In this document: positions 17,806-28,049 of the stretch, one piece after another | Numbering within the stretch: position 1 is the stretch's first letter | Layout of the letters: each line of letters starts with the position of its first letter | The notes under the pieces: model-generated | Databases searched by the model: none | What the model saw: only the letters and a program-made list of their open reading frames with translations | Told to the model about the DNA's origin: nothing | Assembly (NCBI GenBank): GCA_964461905.1 | Contig: CAYWVI010000003.1 | Location: 1 to 63,536, forward strand | Direction of reading: 5' to 3' | DNA length: 63,536 nt | DNA from: an uncultured Rhizobium sp. | GTDB taxonomy: Bacteria > Pseudomonadota > Alphaproteobacteria > Rickettsiales > UBA1997 | Program-made: the position numbers and the translations under genes

Positions 17806-19038
17806 ATGAAACTTCTCTACTTATTTTTAATTCTCACTCTTTTTTCCTGTGAAGTTTTTGCCGAAGAAATTGATAACTCAAATCTAGGGATTTTACGTCA
17901 ATTAATTTCTCAAGATTTAAAAGATAAAGAGATAAAAGATGATCAAGTTCAGAACTTAGGTTTAGTAAATTTTTTAACTTATGATGTGAGCCTAAATGAC
18001 GAGTATCAAAGCACAAATCGCAAAGATGAATTTAAAGATACAAGATCAACAGCTAGATTAAGCTCAGCATATAAATTTACAAAAAAACTTTCTGTTAATG
18101 GGCTTTTCAAGTTCAGTCGTTCTAATCAAGAGTTGGAAAATACAAGAAGAAATTCTGCGCCAAATGGTGGTGGAAACAGAACTTTTGAAAATGAAGGTTT
18201 GTTTATTGAAGAATTAAACTTTGTTTACGATGGTCAGAAACACGCTTTTATTTTGGGTAAATTTAATCTCAATTTTGGCACGGCTTGGCGTTTTAATAGA
18301 GGAATTTGGACGTATAATATTGCTGAAGAATATCAGCAAAGAGAGAAATTAGGAGTAAGTGGAATTTACAGATTAGGAGATGCTAAAACAATTGGACGGT
18401 ACCAATTTTCTTATGCGGTTTTTACTAATGACAGAAAAAACTTAGATAATGCAATAATTACAAAAAGAGATTCAGCTCATAAATCAGATGCTGTTGTTGG
18501 CGATACTCGATCTTTACAATCTTATATTGGATCTCTTGATATTGATTTTGATTTTTTGAAAAAAGAAAAATTAGCCTATCATTTTTCTTTCATGGATTTA
18601 GCGGTTAATAATCGTGCTAGCAAAGTTTATCCTAGTAAAATTGCTAATCAGAAATCTTGGGCGGCTGGCATGAATTATAAATATCCAGTAAATGATAATT
18701 TGTTGCTAGATGGGTTAGTAGAATATGTTGATGTTAAAAACTTTAACGGAAATACAGACGCCAAAAAAAACTATTTAACGGGTAATGTGATTGCAAATTT
18801 TTACAATAATTGGAACATCACTTTGGGCTATGCTAGAGAAAGAGAATCAATTATTAACGACGATAGTTTTAACAAAAATCTAACTGAAATTTCGGCGGGA
18901 TATACATTTAAAAATAATAGTTTTTTTGATAAATTATTATTTCAATTTGGTTATAAAAATCAGAGAGAAAATTATAAAACATCTCTTGAAAGCAGAAATT
19001 CAGTTGGTTTTTTAGTTCGTTACCAAAAAGAGTTCTAA
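17806..19038 (+). CDS. Outer-membrane beta-barrel / porin-like protein; start corrected to MKLLYLF
   Basis: Signal peptide, alternating beta-strand pattern, LGKFN..FG motif, C-terminal Phe (YQKEF). Confidence 0.7.
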   Translation: MKLLYLFLILTLFSCEVFAEEIDNSNLGILRQLISQDLKDKEIKDDQVQNLGLVNFLTYDVSLNDEYQSTNRKDEFKDTRSTARLSSAYKFTKKLSVNGLFKFSRSNQELENTRRNSAPNGGGNRTFENEGLFIEELNFVYDGQKHAFILGKFNLNFGTAWRFNRGIWTYNIAEEYQQREKLGVSGIYRLGDAKTIGRYQFSYAVFTNDRKNLDNAIITKRDSAHKSDAVVGDTRSLQSYIGSLDIDFDFLKKEKLAYHFSFMDLAVNNRASKVYPSKIANQKSWAAGMNYKYPVNDNLLLDGLVEYVDVKNFNGNTDAKKNYLTGNVIANFYNNWNITLGYARERESIINDDSFNKNLTEISAGYTFKNNSFFDKLLFQFGYKNQRENYKTSLESRNSVGFLVRYQKEF

Positions 19039-19051
19039 GAAAATTTAAATC

Positions 19052-19690
19052 ATGAAAAAAATTACTTTTGCAATTCCTAAAGGCAGAATTCTTGAAGAGC
19101 TAAATCCAATTCTAACCAAGGCTAATATAATTCCAGAAAAAGACTTTTTTAACGATTCTTCGCGTAAATTAGTTTTTGCAACTAATCATCAAAATATTGA
19201 GTTAGTAAAAGTCCGCAGTTTTGATGTTGCAACTTTTGTAAAATTTGGTGCGGCTGACATTGGAATTTGTGGTCTTGACGTTTTAAAAGAATTTTCTTCG
19301 CCAGAAATTTTTCCAGTTCTTGATCTTGAAATTGGCAAATGTCGCTTGTCAATTGCTGCAAAAAAATCAGTGGAATTTGATGCTTCTAAAATGAGCCATA
19401 TTCGCGTGGCAACAAAATACACTAACATTGCAGCAAATTATTTTGCTGAGAATGGTGTTCAGGCAGAAGCAATAAAACTCAATGGTTCAATTGAAATTGC
19501 TCCTCAGCTAAATCTTTGTGATTTTATTTTAGATTTGGTGAGTAGTGGAAAAACTCTTTTAGAAAATGATATGGTTGAGTTGCAAAAAATTTTAGATGTT
19601 AGTTCTTTCTTGACGGTTAATCGCTCTTCTTTCAAAACCGCAAATTCTGAAATAAACCAAATAATCAAACTTTTTGATGCCGCTAAATAG
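19052..19690 (+). CDS. hisG: ATP phosphoribosyltransferase, short form
   Basis: AIPKGRI, VRSFDV, RVATKY, KLNGSIEIAP, DLVSSGKTL. Confidence 0.96.
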   Translation: MKKITFAIPKGRILEELNPILTKANIIPEKDFFNDSSRKLVFATNHQNIELVKVRSFDVATFVKFGAADIGICGLDVLKEFSSPEIFPVLDLEIGKCRLSIAAKKSVEFDASKMSHIRVATKYTNIAANYFAENGVQAEAIKLNGSIEIAPQLNLCDFILDLVSSGKTLLENDMVELQKILDVSSFLTVNRSSFKTANSEINQIIKLFDAAK

Positions 19691-22600
19691 CCAGATAAAT
19701 AAATTGCTGAGCCTGTTATTTTGTTTGGTTTTTGTGCTGTCTGTTTTATTGCCAAAAGATTCGTATGCTATTTATGAAGGTGTTAGAGAAGAATCTAGTT
19801 ATGATTCTAGCAGAAATATGTGTGAGAGTCGTTGGGCTAACTTTAATCCATTTTTAAGTGATAAAGACATACAATGGGATTTAACTAATGCAGCCTGCAT
19901 CTCATTTATTAGCGGCGTTGGGGCATCAATGTTATTAGCGCAGATATTTGCTTATATTCAATGCAGACCAACAAATAACCAAGGTGTTTTATTGCAGGGT
20001 CCAGGGGAAGAAACGGCGAAGCAATTAACTATTAAGTCTCCCACCTTAACTCCGATGACAGTAATTGCGACTGCCCTGGCATTAAAAATGTGCACATCAA
20101 GAATGAGTGAGTCCACAACTTATGCTGCTGCTTCAGCTGCTTGTACAGGAGCATTTATTACAACTCCAACATGTGCAGAACCAGTTACTGGAATATTACC
20201 AAATGTTCCTAGAGCAGCACTTGATGTAACTAGATGTTGTGCTTCTTATTCTAGTTATATGGTGGCGGTTGGAGCGGCTATTGCCACCATGAGTGGAATG
20301 TGGGATAAGGCTAAAATTGTCTTTGAAAACGCCAGAGTATGTGGTCACAATTGGAATCAGTGGATAACAGATGAAGAAACTGGTGAAAAAATAAAAGATC
20401 AAGGTCCTTATCAAATTTGTCTAAAGCAACTATTTGAAAGTGATGGAAAGATAGGAAGCAATTGTTCTGAAATATTATCAAAAGCAAAAGATGTTGGTGT
20501 GGTTGATCAATATATACAATTATCAAAAAATTGTTTAAATAATGTGTTTTCTGGTTCAAATCCAGCTTCTGGATGTTCTATAGAAGATAAATCTCCATCA
20601 AAAATTAGTTTGAATAACAAATATTACCGCGAATACATTTATGGCGGAATAGAGTTCAAAGATAATGGTGATAATGCTTGTAAAAACCCATGGAAATCGG
20701 ATAAATCAAAAAGAAAAAAATATCTTGGTTATGATGATGATGAACAAAGATATTACACAACTGGAGGTGGTTCGGCTCCAGTTTTTGCCTGTCATAGATT
20801 TTTATCAGATGGAGTTAATGAAGACTCGCAAAAAGCCTATGATTGCTGCAAAAACAGAAGCCAAACTACAATATGTATACAAAGTAGAAGTGGACTTGGA
20901 GAAGCTATTGGTTCCTATAAGCATAAATTTTGTAAAGCTGGATCATTTTGTGATATTGAGGACATAAAGTTCGAAACTTTTGAGAGTAGGGTTTCTCCAA
21001 ATTATTTATGCGCAAAAACTTATTCGCTTTGTCCTTACAATCATTTACTTGGAGGTGGAAGCGAACAAAAAAAAATCAGTAGCGACCCTGATAAATTTGG
21101 CGCAACGGAAAATTACTGCCAATACATGAATCATTGCATTAAATTGCCAATTCTACCTTATGTTTATTCTAGTAATTTAACTGGTGCTTGGGTTTCTGGG
21201 GCTTGTCGTGATCTTAAGGGCGATTCACAAAATGTTTATGGCTACAGTACAAAAATTATTTCGGCAAAAGCTCGTCATTTTTCAGCTCCAATGGCTCAGT
21301 GTTTTAAAGAAAGTGTTGCAAATCTTTTTTTAAATAGAGCGGGAGAAACTAAATGTGAAAGCCCAAGCGAATCGCCAGATTCAATTGGCTATTGTTCAAG
21401 TGGCTATATTTACAAAAAAGGTGAGTTATTGCCGGGTGATTCATTTTTTGTAAAAATACAAAAAAACCTAAAAACCGCTATTAAAATGGGTTTAATAGTT
21501 TCGGTTGTTGCTTTTGGTTATGCAATTTTGCTAGCTGTTCCAAAAACTGATACATTTAACAAGAAAGCTCTTTTGATGTATATCGTCAAAATTTCTTTGG
21601 TGATGTATTTTGCTATTGGAAATGCTTGGCAATATGGATTTTTAGATGGTGTTTTGGGATTTTCTGGAGCGATGTCGGATCTTGTATTTAAGTTAGATGA
21701 ATCTGGAGATCCTGCAACTTTGGATGGTTGCCAATTTCCAAGATTTAACTACGCCGATACAAATGAAGAAACCAGATATAATAATCCAAAATATCCTCCG
21801 GGTTCAGAATATTTAAGAATATGGGACACTCTAGATTGTAAATTAGCGCGAGCTTTAGGTTATGGTCCTGAAGTTTCTGTGCCTAATTTATTATTTATGA
21901 TTTTAGGAGGGTTTCTTGATTTTGGTGCTGGAATTTTATTTGTACTAGGTTCTTTGTTTTTAGCTTTTGTGATGATCATGGTTGTTTGTAGATCACTTCA
22001 CATATTTTTAATGGCAACCACTGCGGTCATTTTGTTGCTTTATGTTTCTCCAATAACAATTACTTGTGCAATGTTTGCACGAACAAAAGGTATATTTGAT
22101 GGTTGGAAAAAACAGCTCATGGGCATAAGTTTACAACCAATGATTCTCTTCGCCTATTTAGCGGTAATGATTTCGGTTTTTGATAATGCAATTGTTGGGG
22201 AAGTAAGATTTAGCGGCGATGGAAAAACTGATCCAAAAAAAATCATTTGTGATAATAGCAGTATTGGCGATGTTTTAACTGCAGATTCGTCGGTTAATGG
22301 AAAAATTAATAGCAGTGGCAATAGCACCAGCATTTATTGTATTTTTAGAACTGCTAGCATCAAAACTTTCCACGGTTTAGAGGTTATAGGAATTGGTTTA
22401 CCAGTTTTGGTTGGAATGACTAAAGCCAAGGTTTTGACGATTATTAAATCGGCGATGATCATGTTTATTTTTCTACAATTTTTAGATAAAATTAGCACAC
22501 TCGCCACAGCATTGGTTGGTGGTGCTGGTCTTGATAGTGGATTTAATGCCGCTACCGTTGGAAAAATGGCAAGAGGTTTGGGTGGTGCTATGAAAGGTAT

Positions 22601-23921
22601 TCAAGATCGTGGTTTAGGAGCAATGAAAAAACTTGGAGGTGCTGCTTTACGAAAAGCCGGAGACGCCTATGGCGGAGGAAAGAAAGATGAAGAGAAACCT
22701 AAACCTACTGAGAAAAAATCTCCAAAAGCTAGATCTGTTGATGCTGGCGGCGGTGGTGGCGGAGGCGGCGAAGGTGGTCTTGGAGATCACGCTACTGATA
22801 ATTCTGGAGGAGGTTCTAAACCTACGAGTGAAGGCCCTAAAAAACCAGAGAAGTTCACGCCGAAACTTGATTCTATTTCAGAAGAGGAAGAGGAAGAAGA
22901 TGATGATGAAGCAGAAGAAAAAGACGATAAAAAAGAACCAGAAACCGTTCAACGCCCAACTGTTCCTGATTCTAAACCTGAAGAAAAAGCAGAGAAATTA
23001 TTGGCAATTCCTGAAGGAAATGAAAATGAAGAAGATGAAACAGAACCTTCCGATAAAGCTCCTTTAATGGCGATTCCTGAAGGAAATGAAAATGAAGAAG
23101 ATGAAACAGAATCTACAGCTAGCACTCCTTTAATGGCAATTTCTGAAGGAGATGAAAATGAAAAAGATGAAATAGAATCACAATCATCATCCCTAGATTC
23201 TATTTCAGAAGAAGGAGAAGATGAAGTTGCTGAGCGTCCAGTTATGAATGAAGATTCTAAAGTTGAACAAAAAGTTGAGTCATCAGAATCAACAACAATG
23301 GAGTTGCCAAAAGCATCTGATGCAGAATCATCAAGTGTTAGCCAGGAAGTTTCAATATCTGAATCCGTTGAAGAAATTTCTTCTGAATCTGACGGCAGTG
23401 ATTCTGATGCCGGCGATTCTAGTTCAGATTCAGCAAGCGATGTAAGTGATTCAGATTCCGACGCTGGTTCAATAAGCGATATAAGTGATTCAGATTCAGA
23501 TGCTGGTTCAATAAGCGATGTAAGTGATTCAAGTTCAGAATCTGGAGAATCAGTTGATACCAGTAGTTCTAGTGCTAGCAAAAAATCTTCTAGTAAGTCT
23601 AAAAGTAAGAAATCTTCTTCTGGTAAAGATTTTGTAGTTAGACGTGCCTCAGGTAGTTTTGAAAAAATAGAACAAAATCTTGCTCCAGTTCAGGATCCAA
23701 AAAAATATGACCACATAAAATCAAAAACTGACACTGGACAAAATAGTAAATCTCCATCTTCTCCTAAAAACACAGGAAGAACATCAAGATCTTCAAGTGT
23801 GTCATCAAATAAATCATCTTCAAGTTCGTCTGGTAAATCCTCAGGTTCTTCAGAAAAATCTAAACCAGCAAATAAAGGTTTTGGATCTTCAAGTAGTCGT
23901 TTTAAACCAGATAAAAAATGA
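19674..23921 (+). CDS. virB6: Giant TrbL/VirB6-family type IV secretion protein with Cys-rich N-terminus and acidic Ser-rich tail
   Basis: Central hydrophobic block (WDTLDCKL, LLYVSPITI..AMF..TKGIFDGW.KQL...LQPMIL) typical of Rickettsiales VirB6; about 400-aa low-complexity C-terminus. Confidence 0.85.
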   Translation: MMPLNSQINKLLSLLFCLVFVLSVLLPKDSYAIYEGVREESSYDSSRNMCESRWANFNPFLSDKDIQWDLTNAACISFISGVGASMLLAQIFAYIQCRPTNNQGVLLQGPGEETAKQLTIKSPTLTPMTVIATALALKMCTSRMSESTTYAAASAACTGAFITTPTCAEPVTGILPNVPRAALDVTRCCASYSSYMVAVGAAIATMSGMWDKAKIVFENARVCGHNWNQWITDEETGEKIKDQGPYQICLKQLFESDGKIGSNCSEILSKAKDVGVVDQYIQLSKNCLNNVFSGSNPASGCSIEDKSPSKISLNNKYYREYIYGGIEFKDNGDNACKNPWKSDKSKRKKYLGYDDDEQRYYTTGGGSAPVFACHRFLSDGVNEDSQKAYDCCKNRSQTTICIQSRSGLGEAIGSYKHKFCKAGSFCDIEDIKFETFESRVSPNYLCAKTYSLCPYNHLLGGGSEQKKISSDPDKFGATENYCQYMNHCIKLPILPYVYSSNLTGAWVSGACRDLKGDSQNVYGYSTKIISAKARHFSAPMAQCFKESVANLFLNRAGETKCESPSESPDSIGYCSSGYIYKKGELLPGDSFFVKIQKNLKTAIKMGLIVSVVAFGYAILLAVPKTDTFNKKALLMYIVKISLVMYFAIGNAWQYGFLDGVLGFSGAMSDLVFKLDESGDPATLDGCQFPRFNYADTNEETRYNNPKYPPGSEYLRIWDTLDCKLARALGYGPEVSVPNLLFMILGGFLDFGAGILFVLGSLFLAFVMIMVVCRSLHIFLMATTAVILLLYVSPITITCAMFARTKGIFDGWKKQLMGISLQPMILFAYLAVMISVFDNAIVGEVRFSGDGKTDPKKIICDNSSIGDVLTADSSVNGKINSSGNSTSIYCIFRTASIKTFHGLEVIGIGLPVLVGMTKAKVLTIIKSAMIMFIFLQFLDKISTLATALVGGAGLDSGFNAATVGKMARGLGGAMKGIQDRGLGAMKKLGGAALRKAGDAYGGGKKDEEKPKPTEKKSPKARSVDAGGGGGGGGEGGLGDHATDNSGGGSKPTSEGPKKPEKFTPKLDSISEEEEEEDDDEAEEKDDKKEPETVQRPTVPDSKPEEKAEKLLAIPEGNENEEDETEPSDKAPLMAIPEGNENEEDETESTASTPLMAISEGDENEKDEIESQSSSLDSISEEGEDEVAERPVMNEDSKVEQKVESSESTTMELPKASDAESSSVSQEVSISESVEEISSESDGSDSDAGDSSSDSASDVSDSDSDAGSISDISDSDSDAGSISDVSDSSSESGESVDTSSSSASKKSSSKSKSKKSSSGKDFVVRRASGSFEKIEQNLAPVQDPKKYDHIKSKTDTGQNSKSPSSPKNTGRTSRSSSVSSNKSSSSSSGKSSGSSEKSKPANKGFGSSSSRFKPDKK
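22998..23177 (+). repeat. Intragenic tandem repeat, 66-bp period, 3 copies
   Basis: (L)MAIPEGNENEEDETE units start at 22998, 23064 and 23130. Confidence 0.9.
23436..23531 (+). repeat. Intragenic tandem repeat, 39-bp period, about 2.5 copies
   Basis: SD(V/I)SDSDSDAGSI units start at 23436, 23475 and 23514. Confidence 0.9.
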
Positions 23922-24361
23922 TCTTAAAATCTTTTAAACTCATGAGATATTTTTTGACTTTCTGCTTAATAATTTCTCTTACATCTTGCTCTTCTTATCG
24001 CCCAATTTTTGATCAGAATGAAAAATATTTAGAAGTTGGCGAAGAAAAAGCTCAAAAAGATTTTGATATTTGCAAGAAAGCAGCCGACGAATATCTCGAT
24101 AAATACAAAGCCGAACGTGCCGCCAAAGAAGCTGGTCGCAAGGCAGTTATTGGTAGCATTGTTGGCGCGGCAACAGGATTAATTTTTGGAAAAACTATCA
24201 AATCAACTTTAATTGGCACAGCAATTGGCGCAGGTGTTGGCGCGGCAAGCGGTGCTTTATCAGTTGCAGGAGAAGACAAAATAAAACCAGATCACATAAA
24301 ACAACGCTACATTGCTAATTGTTTGGCAAAAAAAGGTTATTCTATTCTTGGTTGGAAATAG
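23918..24361 (+). CDS. Glycine-zipper lipoprotein
   Basis: Lipobox LTSC; GSIVGAATG...GTAIGAGVGAA glycine zipper; ATGA overlap with virB6. Confidence 0.75.
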   Translation: MILKSFKLMRYFLTFCLIISLTSCSSYRPIFDQNEKYLEVGEEKAQKDFDICKKAADEYLDKYKAERAAKEAGRKAVIGSIVGAATGLIFGKTIKSTLIGTAIGAGVGAASGALSVAGEDKIKPDHIKQRYIANCLAKKGYSILGWK

Positions 24362-25478
24362 TTTCTGGGCTTGGCATAGCCGCGATTTCTTTTGTTTCTA
24401 AAATATTAGTTTTTGATTCTTCTTTACACTCATTTATTTGATCTTCGTTAAGATTTGACACAAATTTTAACGAACTTGGAAGATAAGATTTGCACTCAAA
24501 TTTTGGAAATGCGTCATCCTGACATTCCCATTTTTTTTCCTTACGATTATAAGCCAAAATCACCTTTTTACCTTCATTTGCTTGGTAAGGAGAAAGCATT
24601 GAAATTCTGGCTTCGTAATTATTTTTCCATGAATGAAAATGCGGAGTTGTGCCGCAAGATAAATTTTGCGATAAAAAGTCTTCATCAACAATTTTACTAA
24701 CTTCAGCAATTTGTTCTGATCTTTCTTCTGTATTTACAATTTCTTTTTTAGAATCTTCTTCCTTAACTGAAGCGTTTTTTACTTTAACAAATTCTCCATA
24801 TTTGTTCATTTCGTAAATATTGATAAAAAACTTTTTCTTAGTTTCAGATTCTTGTTTTTCATCAATTGAATAAATCTCTATCATCTTGGTTTCGTCTGGC
24901 GAAAAGTTGGGCTTTCCTTTTAAGTGTAACTCGCTTCCTGTGTGAAAATTTATCATCACAAAAGGCGATTCATAATTTTGAGGATTTGTTGAGTAAAAAT
25001 AGTGATAAAAAATCGCATTATCTTTTTTGATGTCGATGAGGCGATCTTCTGAAGCTGTAACTTTTAAACTGTGAATAAAATCGTTGTAACCAATGCACTT
25101 TCCAATTTCGCTGCAATAACTTTTTGCCAAGATAATTCCCGTATCAATTGCGATTAAATATTCAACTTCATGAAATTTTTCAGGCTCATAATGCATTTGG
25201 CAGTTTTTTAGCGGATCGCAATTTACGCCTTTTATGCAGTTATATTTTTCTCTGCTTAATGGCTTTGTGCGTTTTGATATGTATTCTGAATATTTGCTCA
25301 ATAATTCATTTTCATTTGCTAAACGCGCTTCTTCAATTTGTTTCCAATTCTCATCCATTTCAATTGAGATTATGTCTGATTTTTTGCACAAAGAAGCTAA
25401 AGAATTTTTAATAAAAAAGATGCTTTGAAAGATTATAAAAAATAAAAAGATAAGAGCTTGGAAATGTGTTATTTTCAT
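24342..25478 (-). CDS. Secreted hypothetical protein, Cys-containing
   Basis: 378-aa ORF with N-terminal signal-like segment; no recognised family. Confidence 0.6.
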   Translation of the reverse strand: MKITHFQALIFLFFIIFQSIFFIKNSLASLCKKSDIISIEMDENWKQIEEARLANENELLSKYSEYISKRTKPLSREKYNCIKGVNCDPLKNCQMHYEPEKFHEVEYLIAIDTGIILAKSYCSEIGKCIGYNDFIHSLKVTASEDRLIDIKKDNAIFYHYFYSTNPQNYESPFVMINFHTGSELHLKGKPNFSPDETKMIEIYSIDEKQESETKKKFFINIYEMNKYGEFVKVKNASVKEEDSKKEIVNTEERSEQIAEVSKIVDEDFLSQNLSCGTTPHFHSWKNNYEARISMLSPYQANEGKKVILAYNRKEKKWECQDDAFPKFECKSYLPSSLKFVSNLNEDQINECKEESKTNILETKEIAAMPSPETISNQE

Positions 25479-25648
25479 TTGAATTTTAGCGTGCTTGACT
25501 TGAGAAAATAAGTTCTTAACAAAGAAGATAAATTTTTGGATGGATGCAAATTCTAGACGGGAAACAAATTTTCCTCTTGAGAATTCGTATCTTTAAAGAG
25601 TCATTCTTTAATTTTCGAAGGTTTAATAATTAATAATAAATTCTAAAT

Positions 25649-26182
25649 ATGTTAAATAAAAAGATCTTAGCTTTTATATTGGCTTTAGCTATTGCTTCGT
25701 GCAGCACAAATAAAAAATCTTCAGATTCACAAACTGCAGCTCCTCTTGCAAAACCAAAAGAAGTTTCGGTTGAAAAAAAATCAGAAGATGAATCTGCAGC
25801 AAAAATGTTTTCTGTTTCTGCGGCTGAAATTGAAAAATCTGGAACTAAGCCAGTTGTTGTTTATTTCGACACTAACAGTTCTAAGTTAAATGACGAAGCT
25901 ACTTCAACATTGAATAATCAAGTTGTTTTGGAAGCTAAAAACGAAAATACTAAAAAAGTAGTTATCGAAGCTCATTGCGATGAAAGAGGTTCTAAAGTTT
26001 ACAATAAAAAATTAAGCTTAAAAAGAGCTAATGCTGTTAAACAACATTTAGTAAAAAATGGTGTAAAAGGAGCAATAATTAAAACTGTTGGTTATGGTGA
26101 AGATAAGCCAGCTGCAACTGGACATGATGAAGCTTCTTGGGCAAAAAATCGTCGTGCAGTTACAATTGTAATTAAACGATAA
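25649..26182 (+). CDS. OmpA-family peptidoglycan-associated lipoprotein (Pal-like)
   Basis: Lipobox AIASC; VYFDTNSS.L, EAHCDERGS..YN..LS.KRA, GYGEDKP, NRRA. Confidence 0.9.
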   Translation: MLNKKILAFILALAIASCSTNKKSSDSQTAAPLAKPKEVSVEKKSEDESAAKMFSVSAAEIEKSGTKPVVVYFDTNSSKLNDEATSTLNNQVVLEAKNENTKKVVIEAHCDERGSKVYNKKLSLKRANAVKQHLVKNGVKGAIIKTVGYGEDKPAATGHDEASWAKNRRAVTIVIKR

Positions 26183-26209
26183 ATTTTTTTACAAAGTTTC
26201 AAAAAACTT

Positions 26210-26245
26210 AAAGGGTTCAGATCATTTTTGATCTGAACCCTTTTT
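26210..26245 (+). terminator. Intrinsic terminator after the Pal-like gene
   Basis: AAAGGGTTCAGATC...GATCTGAACCCTTTTT. Confidence 0.8.
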
Positions 26246-26250
26246 ATTAC

Positions 26251-26322
26251 ACCTAATGAGACTGTCGCAAGGCTGGGCAAAACTCGTGTCGCGTTTTTTT
26301 GTATCCAAAATTGATAAATGAC
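26251..26322. repeat. Palindromic intergenic repeat, copy 2 (inverted relative to copy 1)
   Basis: Reverse complement GTCATTTATC...TGGATACAAAAAAAACGCGACA...GCCTTGCGACAGTCTCATT matches 11533-11586. Confidence 0.7.
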
Positions 26323-26331
26323 AAACTTATT

Positions 26332-27435
26332 TTATTGTAATTCGCAATAACCGCAAATCTTAATTCCGTAGCCTTCAAGACCAATAACTGATTTTTTAGA
26401 ATTAGTTAAAAGAGTCATATTCTTAATTCCTAAATCTGATAAAATCTGCGCTCCAGTTCCGTAGTTTCTTAATTCAATTTCTCGGTTTTTTGTAAAAAGA
26501 CTTTCTTTATTGAGTAAATGAGAAATAGCTTCATTTGGCTGTCTAATTAATACCACAACCCCACTTCCATTTTGAGAAATTTTTTGCAGGGATTTAGTTA
26601 AAATTCCACTGCGAGAATTTTGAGCATCATCAAGGCAATCGCTTAGAATATTCAAATGATGCATTCTAACCAAAGTTGGATTGTTAGAATTTATGTCACC
26701 TTTTATCAAAGCAATATGTTCAATATTATCAATTTTGCTGCGATAAATTATTGCCTCAAACTCGCCAGCAATTTGGCTGATAAATTTTTCTTTGCAGACT
26801 ATTTCAATTAGTTTTTCATTTTGACGACGATATTCAATCAGATCAGCAATTGTTGCAATTTTCATCTGATGTTCTTGAGAAAATTTTATTAGATCTGGCA
26901 AACGAGCCATGGATCCATCATCATTCATAATTTCGCAAATTACACCAGAAGGGTTTAGTCCAGCAAGTTTAGAAATATCAACGGCGGCTTCAGTGTGCCC
27001 AGCACGAACTAAAACCCCACCATTTTGAGCTTTAAGAGGAAAAATATGACCAGGGCTAACAATCGCATCTTTAGTTTTTGTTGGATTGATTGCATCGGCA
27101 ATAGTTTTTGCGCGATCAAATGCAGAAATTCCAGTGGAAATTCCTTCTTTTGCCTCAATTGAAACTGTAAATGCAGTTTTGTGGCGTGATTCGTTATTTG
27201 AAGACATTAATGGTAAACCAAGCTCAAAAACTCTTGATTCTGTAAGTGTTAAACAAATTAATCCACGACCATATTTTGCCATAAAGTTAATTTTAGTATC
27301 ATCGCACATCGAGGCTGGAATAACCAAATCTCCTTCGTTTTCGCGATTTTCATCATCAACTAAAATAAACATTCTGCCAGCTTTTGCTTCAGCAATAATT
27401 TCTGGAATTGTAGCGAGGAATTGATTTTTGGACAT
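26332..27435 (-). CDS. ribB: 3,4-dihydroxy-2-butanone-4-phosphate synthase with a degenerate GTP cyclohydrolase II domain (RibBX-like)
   Basis: DDENRENEGDL, PGHIFPL, RAGHTEA, ICEIMNDDG; the C-terminal domain lacks the Zn-binding Cys cluster of RibA. Confidence 0.92.
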   Translation of the reverse strand: MSKNQFLATIPEIIAEAKAGRMFILVDDENRENEGDLVIPASMCDDTKINFMAKYGRGLICLTLTESRVFELGLPLMSSNNESRHKTAFTVSIEAKEGISTGISAFDRAKTIADAINPTKTKDAIVSPGHIFPLKAQNGGVLVRAGHTEAAVDISKLAGLNPSGVICEIMNDDGSMARLPDLIKFSQEHQMKIATIADLIEYRRQNEKLIEIVCKEKFISQIAGEFEAIIYRSKIDNIEHIALIKGDINSNNPTLVRMHHLNILSDCLDDAQNSRSGILTKSLQKISQNGSGVVVLIRQPNEAISHLLNKESLFTKNREIELRNYGTGAQILSDLGIKNMTLLTNSKKSVIGLEGYGIKICGYCELQ

Positions 27436-28049
27436 TAATTTGAGTTCTTAAATAATTTTGAGACGTAGCGCGCTATTACATCTATTTCTAAATTCACTAA
27501 ATCACCAACTTTAGAATTTTGAAGATTGGTGCTAGAAAGCGTGTGAGAAATTATATTCACGCTAAAATAATTTGCGGAGACTTCGTTTATTGTTAAAGAT
27601 ATTCCATCAAGCGTTACCGAGCCTTTTTGACTGATAAATTTTGATAATTTCTTTGGAGTTGCAAAACTAAATTTATGAGAGTTCTTGATTTGTTCTATTT
27701 TTGCGATTTTACAAATTGAATCAACATGACCTAAAACCATGTGCCCACCAAACTCATCACCCATTCTTAAAGCAAATTCAAGATTAATTTTTTGTCCAAC
27801 TTTCCAACTTTTTAACGTTGTTTTATTGCAGGTTTCTTGAGATGCTTCAAAAGAAAAAATGATTCTTTCACCAGAAATTTCTTTTTTTGTTAAGGTTAAA
27901 CAAATGCCGTTGCAAGCAATAGAACAACCAACTTCTAAAGTTCTTTTGACCTGATTTTTTTGAGTAGAGATTTTTAACAACAGATCTTGCGATTTTTTGT
28001 TAGTTAAAGATTGAACTTCTCCTAAATGGGTAACAATTCCTGTAAACAT
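27435..28049 (-). CDS. ribE: Riboflavin synthase alpha chain
   Basis: MFTGIV, SIACNGICLT, GGHMVLGHVD, DGISLT, NLEID. Confidence 0.96.
   Translation of the reverse strand: MFTGIVTHLGEVQSLTNKKSQDLLLKISTQKNQVKRTLEVGCSIACNGICLTLTKKEISGERIIFSFEASQETCNKTTLKSWKVGQKINLEFALRMGDEFGGHMVLGHVDSICKIAKIEQIKNSHKFSFATPKKLSKFISQKGSVTLDGISLTINEVSANYFSVNIISHTLSSTNLQNSKVGDLVNLEIDVIARYVSKLFKNSN

Noticed and set aside
22949-23581. 210-aa minus-strand ORF and other ORFs nested in virB6
   Set aside because: Antisense or alternate-frame products of low-complexity repeats.
26332-26830. Functional GTP cyclohydrolase II (ribBA)
   Set aside because: Zn-binding cysteines are absent; a degenerate RibBX-type domain is known and not novel.
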